Shown piece by piece: positions 38,378 to 48,304 of a DNA stretch of 64,000 bases; the first letter of the stretch is position 1; each line of letters begins with the position of its first letter. The notes below the pieces were generated by a model. The model saw nothing but the letters and a program-made list of their open reading frames with translations, made no database searches and was not told where the DNA came from. The DNA is from Candidatus Eiseniibacteriota bacterium. Lineage in GTDB: Bacteria; Eisenbacteria; RBG-16-71-46. The stretch spans positions 768,001-832,000 of the forward strand of contig CAVZLN010000006.1 in assembly GCA_963776245.1 (NCBI GenBank), in the 5' to 3' direction. Both the position numbers and the translations under genes were made by a program.

Positions 38378-39244
38378 CTACAGGTCCACCAGGGAACCGT
38401 AGGTCTCGGGCCGACGATCACGGAAAAACTGCCACACCTTGCGCACCTCGTCGATGCGCTCCAGGTCCATCTCGGCCACCACCACGGCGTCCTCGTTCTC
38501 GCCCGCCTGCACCAGGAAGTCGCCGCGCGGGTCCACGAAGTACGAGGAGCCGTAGAACTTGCCGACGTTCCAGGGGGCCTCGGTGCCGACCCGATTGATG
38601 GCGCCGACGAAGTAGCCATTCGCCACGGCGTGCGCCGGCTGCTCGAGCTTCCAGAGGTACTGCGACAGGCCGGCCACCGTGGCGCTCGGGTTGAACACGA
38701 TCTCGGCGCCGTTCAGGCCGAGCGCCCGCGCGCCCTCCGGGAAGTGGCGGTCGTAGCAGATGTACACCCCGATCTTGGCGTAGCGCGTCTCGAACACCGG
38801 GTAGCCGAGGTTCCCGGGCTTGAAGAAGAACTTCTCCCAGAACCCCGAGGTGTGCGGGATGTGGTTCTTGCGGTACTTGCCCAGGTAGCCGCCGTCGGCG
38901 TCGTACACCGCCGCCGTGTTGTAGAGCACGCCGGGCATGTCCTTCTCGTACACCGGCACCACCACCGCCATCTTGTACTTCGAGGCGATCTTCGCCACCG
39001 CGTCGGTGGTCGGGCCGGGCACCGACTCGGCCGCGTCGTACCAGCGGGCGTTCTGTCCCGGGCAGAAGTAGGGCCCGTTGAAGATCTCCTGCAGGCAGAG
39101 CACCTGCACGCCCTTGCCGCCGGCCTCCTCGATGAGCGGGACATGCTTGTCGAACATCGCCTGCTTCACCTTCGCGATGGGCGTGGTCTCGTCGTTGATC
39201 GGGTTGCTGCACTGGATGAGACCGCCGGTCAGCATGCGAGACAT
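38378..39244 (-). CDS. Nitrilase-superfamily beta-ureidopropionase (N-carbamoyl-beta-alanine amidohydrolase)
   Basis: CLQEIF, YRKNHIP, FWEKFFF and ICYDRHFPEG (E-K-C triad); operon context. Confidence 0.92.
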   Translation of the reverse strand: MSRMLTGGLIQCSNPINDETTPIAKVKQAMFDKHVPLIEEAGGKGVQVLCLQEIFNGPYFCPGQNARWYDAAESVPGPTTDAVAKIASKYKMAVVVPVYEKDMPGVLYNTAAVYDADGGYLGKYRKNHIPHTSGFWEKFFFKPGNLGYPVFETRYAKIGVYICYDRHFPEGARALGLNGAEIVFNPSATVAGLSQYLWKLEQPAHAVANGYFVGAINRVGTEAPWNVGKFYGSSYFVDPRGDFLVQAGENEDAVVVAEMDLERIDEVRKVWQFFRDRRPETYGSLVDL

Positions 39245-39395
39245 GGAAGGCTCCTGAAGGGGTTCGCGTCGCATGGGGGCGCCGGGGCGGCTGGTTCGCG
39301 CGTCCGAGCGGCCCGCGGGTCACCCGCGGCCGGATGCGCCGGGTGGCCCGCCCGCGGCGGGCGAGCCACGAACGCGGCGGAGGTCACGGCCCGGT

Positions 39396-40904
<1,509 letters not shown>

Positions 40905-41067
40905 GGTGGGAGTCCCCGGGATGAAGGATCAGCCGGCCAAGTCGGGGCTCTCGGGACCCGCGTCTCCCAGCGTCGTGGTTCGAGCGCAACGCGCGCCACG
41001 GAAGCGCGCGATGTCTGGAATCGGAGCGGGCGCAAGGATACACCCGGGCGGCGCCGGAGCGAGCGGG

Positions 41068-41108
41068 AAAAAGCGCGCCCGGGGCGGCGCCCGTGCGCCG
41101 CCCCGGGC
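41068..41108 (-). terminator. Rho-independent terminator
   Basis: Perfect 14-bp stem GCCCGGGGCGGCGC with a 4-nt loop, followed by GCGC-TTTTT on the minus strand. Confidence 0.8.
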
Positions 41109-41155
41109 GGCCGGATCGGCCCGCGCGCCTCGCCGGATCCGGGCGGGCCGCGCCT

Positions 41156-43069
41156 CTACCTCAGCATCACGATCTTCCGCGCGCGCGCGCCTGCCGGGCT
41201 CTCGAGGCGCACGATGTACACCGCCGGCGCCACCGCGCGCCCGGCCTGGTCGCGTCCGTCCCACGTGATCTGTCCCGGGCCCGCGGGTCGCACCCCGTCG
41301 AGCAGCGTGCGCACCGGGCGCCCGTCCACCCCGAGCACGGCGAGCCTCACCGGGCCCGCGGCGGGAAGCCGGTAGCGCAGCAGCGGCGTGCCGCGCGCCG
41401 GATTGGGCATCGGCGCGAGCAGCGCCAGCGTCCCGTCGGGGCGGACGTCGTCCACGCCCGCCGACGTGATGGTGATGCTGTCGGCGCCATACACCGCGCT
41501 CCAGCGGCCGACCGTGGTGTGGGCGCGCGACTCGATGAGATGCCCGCCCACCGCGAGCGCCGGGGAGGGCGTCCACGAGAAGCCCTCCACGTAGCCATCG
41601 AAGCTGCCGTCGCTCGCGGTCGCGGGGCCCCAGCTCCCGCCATCCACGCGGCACTCCACGGCGTCGATGCGCGCGATGGTCTGGTCGTGCGGCGGGTAGT
41701 AGTTCGAGAGCGGATTCAGGTTGGCGAGCAGCGCGACCTGGGCCTGCCCGGTCCACGTCGGCGCCGGATCGGGGGTGGGATCGGGCGCGACCGGCGTGAG
41801 AGCCGTGGTGGGCGGCACGTCCAGCGGCTCGATGATGCCGTTCGCGTCCAGGTCGCGCCAGCCGAGCTGTCCGCGCGTCGCGGTGCACACCCAGACGGAG
41901 TCGTTCATGTTCATGATGCACGAGCCACCGTCGGCATCGGGCAGGTTCAGGTAGCCCCCGTACTGGAGGGTGGCGTTGTACTCGTCGGTGTCCATGAAGA
42001 TGTGGCCGGTCTCGTGCATGGGCACGACCCCGGCGTAGCTCGTCGCGTTGTACGCCCAGGACGAGTAGCGCGACATGTAGATCCAGGGCCCGCCGTAATA
42101 GGCCCACGCGTAGCCGCCAGTCGAGAACAGCCCCTGGTTCACCAGCGGATTGCTGTCCACGATGAAGATGGAGTAGCACCAGTTGGTGCCGAATGACGTG
42201 CGAATCGAATTGTTGTAGGCGAAGCACTTCTCGAAGGCGTTGGCGCCGGTCCAGCCGGCGTTCCCCAGCACCTCATCGATCCACACCTGATCCATGGACT
42301 GGGGATTCAGGATGGGCGTGCCGCTCACCATCGCGCCCGAATGCTGCTGCACGAAGAAGGTCAGGAACGCCTTCGCGCCGCCCTTCCTCACCCAATTGTC
42401 GAGCGAGGCCTGGACACCCCCGTAGGTCTGGGTCTGCTCGGTCGCGCTCCAGTTGTACGTGGTCCCGGGGTCCTCCAGCAGCCACACCCCCACCGCCACC
42501 GAGCCGGCCATGAACTCGCTGGTGTCGTAGTACTGGGCGCCGCGGGGCAGGCTGGTGTAGGCATCCTGCGGCGCCAGCGGGGCGAAGCTCGCGAGCGGCA
42601 CCGGGCGCGGTCCGGCGTCGGCGAAGCCGGCGCGGTCGATCGCGTCGCCGGCGGGATGGCCGGCGGCCGCGCCGAGGTCCCCGAGCGTGCGCGCGAAGTT
42701 CCACGCGCCCGCGGCCTCGGCGGCCGGCGGCTCGAGCGCCGCGAGAGCGCCCTCGTCGATGCTCGACCGAAAGCTCCGGAGGATCGAGCCGGAGCACGCG
42801 GGCCGCGCCAGTACCGCGTCGTCGGCGTACACCACCGCGGCGCCGCTCTCGTACACCACCGAGGCGTGCCCGCCCGCCGCCTCGAGCTGGTCGGCGAAGA
42901 TGCGCGCCGCCGCCGGGCCGGAAGCGTTGAGCACCACGAACGTGCGCGGCATGTCCACCCAGCTCCGGGCCGGCGCGGCGGACGCGTGCGGTGCCAGCCC
43001 GAGCGAAAGCGCGGCCGCCAGCGTCAGCAGGCCGGCCGGGAGCAGCGAAGAGTCGCAGGGATGCTTCAT
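41156..43069 (-). CDS. Secreted zinc metallopeptidase-like protein with FlgD/T9SS-like C-terminal domain
   Basis: Signal peptide; HETGHIFMDTDEY zincin motif and downstream CIM (Met-turn-like); C-terminal PNP..DGRPVRTL..TWDGRD..G..VAPAVYIVRL. Confidence 0.82.
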   Translation of the reverse strand: MKHPCDSSLLPAGLLTLAAALSLGLAPHASAAPARSWVDMPRTFVVLNASGPAAARIFADQLEAAGGHASVVYESGAAVVYADDAVLARPACSGSILRSFRSSIDEGALAALEPPAAEAAGAWNFARTLGDLGAAAGHPAGDAIDRAGFADAGPRPVPLASFAPLAPQDAYTSLPRGAQYYDTSEFMAGSVAVGVWLLEDPGTTYNWSATEQTQTYGGVQASLDNWVRKGGAKAFLTFFVQQHSGAMVSGTPILNPQSMDQVWIDEVLGNAGWTGANAFEKCFAYNNSIRTSFGTNWCYSIFIVDSNPLVNQGLFSTGGYAWAYYGGPWIYMSRYSSWAYNATSYAGVVPMHETGHIFMDTDEYNATLQYGGYLNLPDADGGSCIMNMNDSVWVCTATRGQLGWRDLDANGIIEPLDVPPTTALTPVAPDPTPDPAPTWTGQAQVALLANLNPLSNYYPPHDQTIARIDAVECRVDGGSWGPATASDGSFDGYVEGFSWTPSPALAVGGHLIESRAHTTVGRWSAVYGADSITITSAGVDDVRPDGTLALLAPMPNPARGTPLLRYRLPAAGPVRLAVLGVDGRPVRTLLDGVRPAGPGQITWDGRDQAGRAVAPAVYIVRLESPAGARARKIVMLR

Positions 43070-43518
43070 CGGGTCTGACCTCGCGGTCCGGGGTGCGCTG
43101 CTTCGGAAGCGGGTGCGGGCCATTCGCCCGTCTCCGCGAACGCGATCACGTGGCCGTCCGGGTCGAGCGCGTAGGCGACGCGCGCGCCCCAGTCGCGCGG
43201 CGCGAGCGGGCTCAGCTCGCGCGCGCCGGCGGCGAGCGCCGCCGCATGGCTCCCGGCGGCGTCGCGCACCACCAGGTAGAGCTCGGCACGCGGCGCGCCC
43301 CCGGCGCCGGCGGGATCGGGGAGCGCGGCGCCGAGCAGGCGGCGGATGCCGGCCTCGGGCATGAGCCCGAGCACGGCGCCGCCCGGGAGCGCGAACTCGG
43401 TCATGCCCGGGACATCGAGGCGCGGGACCATGCCGAGCGTGCGGGCGTAGAAGCTCGTGCTCCGCCGCTGATCGGACACGTACAGGATGAGGTGAACGGC
43501 CGTCATGAGGTTGTTCAT
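43066..43518 (-). CDS. VOC/glyoxalase family protein
   Basis: ILYVSDQRRS..FY, ELYLVV and RDWGARVAYALDPDGHVIAF motifs. Confidence 0.88.
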   Translation of the reverse strand: MNNLMTAVHLILYVSDQRRSTSFYARTLGMVPRLDVPGMTEFALPGGAVLGLMPEAGIRRLLGAALPDPAGAGGAPRAELYLVVRDAAGSHAAALAAGARELSPLAPRDWGARVAYALDPDGHVIAFAETGEWPAPASEAAHPGPRGQTR

Positions 43519-43593
43519 TCCCGGGCCTCCGGGACCGGCGCGCGCGCCGGCGGGTTGCCGGTGCTCGCGCACCTGCGCGATACTCGCAGGCCT

Positions 43594-44565
43594 ATGGATA
43601 CCACTCAAGGTCATACTGGTCGCCTTCCCACCGTCATCGCGATGGGCGGGAACTCCCTGCTGGACCCGAAACTCGCTCCCACCGTCGCCAACCAGTTCGC
43701 CGTCACCGCCCGCGCGGTCGAGCCCATCGCCGAGCTCATCGGCCGCGGCGAGCACCTCGTGCTCACCCACGGGAATGGCCCGCAGGTCGGCTTCATGCAG
43801 CTGCGCGTCGAGATGGCGAAGGAACACATCCACGAGGTGCCGCTCGATTCGCTGGTCGCGGATTCGCAGGGCGCCATCGGCTACATGATCCAGCGCGAGC
43901 TGCGCGAGGTGCTGCGGCGCCGCGGCATCCTGGTGGAGGTCGCCACCCTGGTGACCGAGGTCGAGGTCGACCCGCACGACCGGGCGTTCGGCGAGCCCAC
44001 CAAGCCGATCGGCAAGTTCTACACCGAGGCCGAGGCGGATGCGCTCAAGGCCGAGCGCGGCTGGGACATGGTCGAGGACTCGCACCGCGGCTGGCGCCGC
44101 GTGGTGGCGAGCCCGGCGCCGATCGAGATCGTGCAGCTCGACACCATCCGCCGACTGGTCTTCGACGACGTCACCGTGATCGCGTGCGGCGGCGGCGGCA
44201 TCCCGGTGATGCGCGACGCCGCGGGCCATATCCGCGGACTCGAGGCGGTCATCGACAAGGACCGCGCGAGCGCGCTGCTGGCGGTGCGGCTCGGGGTGAA
44301 GCGCATGGTGATCACCACCGGCGTGGACGCCATCTACCGCGACTACCTCACCGACCATCGCACGGCGCTGCGCGACACCACGCTCACCGAGCTGAGGGCC
44401 ATGGCGGAGGCGAAGCAGTTCCCGCCCGGCAGCATGGGCCCCAAGGTCGAGGCGGCGATGTACTTCCTCGCGCGCGGCGGCGAGGAGGTCGTGATCTGTC
44501 ATCCCGAGGCGCTGGTCGAGGCCTTCGACGGCAACGCGGGCACCCGCATCCACCAGGAGTCCTGA
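43594..44565 (+). CDS. arcC: Carbamate kinase
   Basis: IAMGGNSL, THGNGPQVG, PTKPIG, RRVVASP, GGGGIPV, EAVIDKD and GSMGPKV motifs. Confidence 0.96.
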   Translation: MDTTQGHTGRLPTVIAMGGNSLLDPKLAPTVANQFAVTARAVEPIAELIGRGEHLVLTHGNGPQVGFMQLRVEMAKEHIHEVPLDSLVADSQGAIGYMIQRELREVLRRRGILVEVATLVTEVEVDPHDRAFGEPTKPIGKFYTEAEADALKAERGWDMVEDSHRGWRRVVASPAPIEIVQLDTIRRLVFDDVTVIACGGGGIPVMRDAAGHIRGLEAVIDKDRASALLAVRLGVKRMVITTGVDAIYRDYLTDHRTALRDTTLTELRAMAEAKQFPPGSMGPKVEAAMYFLARGGEEVVICHPEALVEAFDGNAGTRIHQES

Positions 44566-44566
44566 C

Positions 44567-45715
44567 ATGAATCCGACCCCGCTCACCGCGCTCCCGGGCC
44601 TCGACACCGGCGTGCTGCGTACGCTGTACGGCCGCAGCCTGATGCTGACCAGCGACTGGAGCACGCCTGAGCTCGACGCCCTGCTCGCGGTGGCCGCGCG
44701 CTTCGCCGCGATCGACCGCGCCGGGCGCTCCGCGGCGTTCCTGCCCGACCAGCTCGCCTACGCGCTGTTCTTCGACAACTCCACCCGCACCAAGTCCGCG
44801 TGGGCGGGCGCGGCGGCGCGCCTCGGGATGCGGCCGGTCATCGTCGACGGCTCGTCCACGCAGGTCGAGCACGGCGAGACCGCCGAGGAGACCGGCGCCA
44901 TGCTGGGCATGAACGCGCACGCGCTCGGCATCCGCCACGACCTCATCCTCGGCGAGGGCAATCGCTTCATGCGCGCGGTGCACAAGGGGATCGACGACTA
45001 CCTCGCCGCCACCGCCGATCCGCGCCAGGTGCCGGTGGTGAACCTGCAGTGCGACATCGACCACCCCACCCAGACGCTGGCCGACCTGTCGTGGCTCCAG
45101 CAGGTGTTCCCGGACGGGCTGCGCGGCAAGAAGATCGCGATGACGTGGGCGTACTCGCCCACGTACGCCAAGCCGCTCTCGGTGCCGCAGGGCATCGCCA
45201 TGCTCATGACGCGCTATGGCGCCGAGGTGGTGCTCGCCCACCCCGAGGGCTACCGCCTGATGGACGACACGATGCAGATCGCGGCGCGCCACGCCGCGGC
45301 TTCCGGTGGCTCGTTCAAGATCGTGGACTCCATGGACGACGCGTTCCAGGGAGCGCACGCGGTGTATCCGAAGTCCTGGGGCCCGTACGACCTGATGCTC
45401 GAGCGCGTCGAGGCCAACCGCGCCCGCGACAAGGCCCGCATGGGCGACATCGAGAAGCGCGCGCTCGAGCGCAACGCGAAGTTCCGGGACTGGATCTGCG
45501 ACGAGCGCCGCATGGCGCTCACCCACGGCGGCGACGCGATGTACCTGCACTGCCTGCCGGCCGACATCGGGGACGAGGTCACGCGCGGCGTGATGGACAA
45601 GCACCGGGTGAACGTGGCGCGCGAGGCGAACCAGAAGATGTACGTCGTGATGGCGATGCTGGCGGTGGCCAAGGTGCCGGACCTCGCGGCGCGCCTCGAG
45701 GGAGCGGCCCGATGA
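44567..45715 (+). CDS. ygeW: YgeW-type (knotted) carbamoyltransferase
   Basis: DNSTRTK, HGET, NLQCDIDHPTQ, WAYSPTYAKPLSVPQG, YPKSW and YLHCLPADI motifs. Confidence 0.9.
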   Translation: MNPTPLTALPGLDTGVLRTLYGRSLMLTSDWSTPELDALLAVAARFAAIDRAGRSAAFLPDQLAYALFFDNSTRTKSAWAGAAARLGMRPVIVDGSSTQVEHGETAEETGAMLGMNAHALGIRHDLILGEGNRFMRAVHKGIDDYLAATADPRQVPVVNLQCDIDHPTQTLADLSWLQQVFPDGLRGKKIAMTWAYSPTYAKPLSVPQGIAMLMTRYGAEVVLAHPEGYRLMDDTMQIAARHAAASGGSFKIVDSMDDAFQGAHAVYPKSWGPYDLMLERVEANRARDKARMGDIEKRALERNAKFRDWICDERRMALTHGGDAMYLHCLPADIGDEVTRGVMDKHRVNVAREANQKMYVVMAMLAVAKVPDLAARLEGAAR

Positions 45716-47265
45716 GCACCACGACGCCCGCGGCGCTCGACGCCCGCATCGCCGCGCTCGCCGCGCGCGACCTGCCGCTCGCGGTGCGCGTGCTCCGGGA
45801 GGCCATCCGCATCCCCGCCGACTTCGTGGACCGGCCGGTGGACCAGGGCGGCGACCCGCAGTGCGGGCTCAGCAATCACGAGGGCCCGCGCATCGAGTTC
45901 CTGCGCCGCACGCTGATCGAGATCGGCGCGGTCGCCAGCGCGGAGGACGTCGGCATCGACGCGTTCGGCAACCTGTGGTGGACGCTCGAGGATCCGGCCG
46001 ACGGGATCCCGCGCGAGCGGAAGCGCGTGATCGTCCTCGACGGCCACTGCGACACGGTGAAGCCACTGCGCGCGCAGTGGCACGAGAAGACCGGCGGGCT
46101 CGACCCCTACCTCGGGCTGACGGACGCCGCGAAGCTCCAGCGCGACTGGATGCGCTCCGAGCTCGGCTGGCTGCCACCCGACGCGGAGTGGGACCAGCTG
46201 GTGTTCGGGCGCGGCGCGGCCGACCAGCTCGGCGGCGTGGTGAGCCAGATGATCGCCTCGCGCATCCTGAACGAGCTGCGCGGCGAGGGCGCGCTGCGCG
46301 GCGTGATCTGGCGCTCGTTCGCGACCGTGGCCGAGGAGGACAACGACGGCGGCGGCCCGCTCTACCTCGCCCGCCGCGTGCTGCCCGGCGCGCCGGCCGA
46401 GATGATCCCGGACGTGGTCATCCTCACCGACTCCACCGGCGACTCGCGCAAGGGCGCGCTCGGCATCTACCGCGGCCAGCGCGGACGCATGCAGATCGAG
46501 GTCCGGGTCACCGGCAAGTCGTGCCACGGCTCGATGCCGCACGAGGGCCGGAACCCGCTCGAGTTCGGCGGCGCGATCCTGAAGGAGGCCGCCGAGCGGC
46601 ACGCCCGCGGCGAGGGCATGCTCGACGACGCGTTCCTCGGCCGCGGCACGCGCACCGCGTCATGGGCGCACCTCGACACGCCGAGCGATTGCGCGGTGCC
46701 CGAGGCGTTCACGTTCCGCTTCGACCGCCGGCTGACCGCGGGCGAGACCCCCGAGATGGCGCTCGCCACCATCGAGGCGCTCGACAGCGTGAAGGCCGCG
46801 CGCGCGCACGGCCTGCCGGTGGAGATCCGCGTGCCGACCTACGACCTGCCGACCTGGCGCGGGTTCAAGCCCGGCAATCCCCAGATCTACATGGGCTGGG
46901 CCACGCCCGAGGAACATCCCGCCATCCAGGCCGCGGTGGACGCGTGGAAGGCGGTGGTGACCCCGCACGTCGAAGAGCGCAATGAACAGGGCGGCTCGAT
47001 GCGGCGCGCGCCGCGCGTGGATCGCTGGGTGTTCTCGACCGACGGCGTGGGCTGGCCGGTGCCGAAGACCCTCGAGGGCCTGAAGGTGCCCGCCGGCAAG
47101 CGCTGGGTGGATGCCGGCGCCTACCACCACGCCGCGATGTTCGGCATGGGCACCGGCATCGAGCAGAACACCCACAAGATCGGCGAGGCGCTCGACGTGC
47201 GCGAACTCCGCCACGCGATCGCGTTCCTGACCAGGTTCGCGGGGGCCTACGTGGCGAGGGGCTGA
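45712..47265 (+). CDS. M20 family amidohydrolase, YgeY-like, enlarged (~517 aa)
   Basis: DGHCD, GRGAADQLGG, EEDNDG, YRGQRGRM.I...G.SCHGS and FSTDGV motifs; start overlaps the ygeW stop. Confidence 0.85.
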   Translation: MSTTTPAALDARIAALAARDLPLAVRVLREAIRIPADFVDRPVDQGGDPQCGLSNHEGPRIEFLRRTLIEIGAVASAEDVGIDAFGNLWWTLEDPADGIPRERKRVIVLDGHCDTVKPLRAQWHEKTGGLDPYLGLTDAAKLQRDWMRSELGWLPPDAEWDQLVFGRGAADQLGGVVSQMIASRILNELRGEGALRGVIWRSFATVAEEDNDGGGPLYLARRVLPGAPAEMIPDVVILTDSTGDSRKGALGIYRGQRGRMQIEVRVTGKSCHGSMPHEGRNPLEFGGAILKEAAERHARGEGMLDDAFLGRGTRTASWAHLDTPSDCAVPEAFTFRFDRRLTAGETPEMALATIEALDSVKAARAHGLPVEIRVPTYDLPTWRGFKPGNPQIYMGWATPEEHPAIQAAVDAWKAVVTPHVEERNEQGGSMRRAPRVDRWVFSTDGVGWPVPKTLEGLKVPAGKRWVDAGAYHHAAMFGMGTGIEQNTHKIGEALDVRELRHAIAFLTRFAGAYVARG

Positions 47266-47281
47266 GGCGGGCGCCGCGCCC

Positions 47282-48184
47282 TCACTTGCCCGGCGTCACC
47301 ATCGTGCCGGCCTTCCGGCCGATCGCGCCGCCGACCTTGCCTCCCAGATACTGGCCCGCCATCGCGCCGACCGGTCCGCCCAGCGCGCCGCCCAGGCTGG
47401 CGCCCAGACTGCTGCCCATGCTCTGCCCCATGCCCTGGCCCATCCCGCCCATCATGCTGCCCATGCTGCCCATGGCCCCCATCCCCTTCATCTTCCCCAT
47501 CATCTCGTCCATGTCGGTGAGCTCGTAGTCCTTCGGCGACTCGAAGAGCTTCGCGGGCTGCGGGGCGACCTGGTAGTCCTTCCACTCGACGACGGTGGTC
47601 TCGCCCTCGACCGTTCCTTCCATGCGCACCGGGGCGCCGGTGGTCTTGTCGAACCACCCCACCGAGGTGCCCTGGGGCATGGTCATGCGCACCTTTTTCA
47701 CCGCCCGTCCGCCGAGCGTCTCCTCGCCGAGATCCTCGAACCTCCCCTCGGGCGCCGGCGCGGCGGCGGCCGCGTCGCCCTCGCGCATGTCCTTCCGGGC
47801 GCGTTCGGGGAGCAGGGACGCCATCGCCGCGCGCGACTGTCGCATCGCCCGCTTCTCCTTCGGCATCAGCGTGAGGGTGGTGCCCTTCTCGTCGCCCAGC
47901 TCGATCAGCACCAGGTCCTCGTCGGCCCCGGTGATCTCGGTGCGCACGCGGCCGTGGTCGATGAAGCGCTTGAGGACCATCTTGGCCTTCGGGGACTGGA
48001 TCACGAGATCCACGCTGTAGGCGGCGGGCTCTTCATAGCGCGGGAGCGCGACCGCCGCGGCGGCGGCGGGGTGCGCGGCCGGCGCGGGCCGGGCCGCCGG
48101 CGCCGGCGCCGCGAACGCGACCGTGACGGTGAGCAGAAAGAGCGGGAGCGGCGCGGCGACCGCGCGGAGAGGGCGGTGGATCAT
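47282..48184 (-). CDS. Exported DUF4412-like protein with Gly/Met-rich glycine-zipper tail
   Basis: Signal peptide; LGEETLGGR.V.K and LFESPKDY; C-terminal GASLGGALGGPVGAMAGQYLGG. Confidence 0.7.
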   Translation of the reverse strand: MIHRPLRAVAAPLPLFLLTVTVAFAAPAPAARPAPAAHPAAAAAVALPRYEEPAAYSVDLVIQSPKAKMVLKRFIDHGRVRTEITGADEDLVLIELGDEKGTTLTLMPKEKRAMRQSRAAMASLLPERARKDMREGDAAAAAPAPEGRFEDLGEETLGGRAVKKVRMTMPQGTSVGWFDKTTGAPVRMEGTVEGETTVVEWKDYQVAPQPAKLFESPKDYELTDMDEMMGKMKGMGAMGSMGSMMGGMGQGMGQSMGSSLGASLGGALGGPVGAMAGQYLGGKVGGAIGRKAGTMVTPGK

Positions 48185-48304
48185 GTCGGGCTCCTGGGGA
48201 AGAGACGGGGACCGAGCCAGCGGGGCGACTTCCGTGGCGGCATCATACGCCTTCGGAAGCGTGGTCCGCCGCCGCGCCGGGTGGGGGCGGCGGACCGGAC
48301 CGGC

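Noticed and set aside
47400..47515. CCCAT-rich short repeats
   Set aside because: Explained by the Met/Gly-rich protein tail; not a DNA repeat array.
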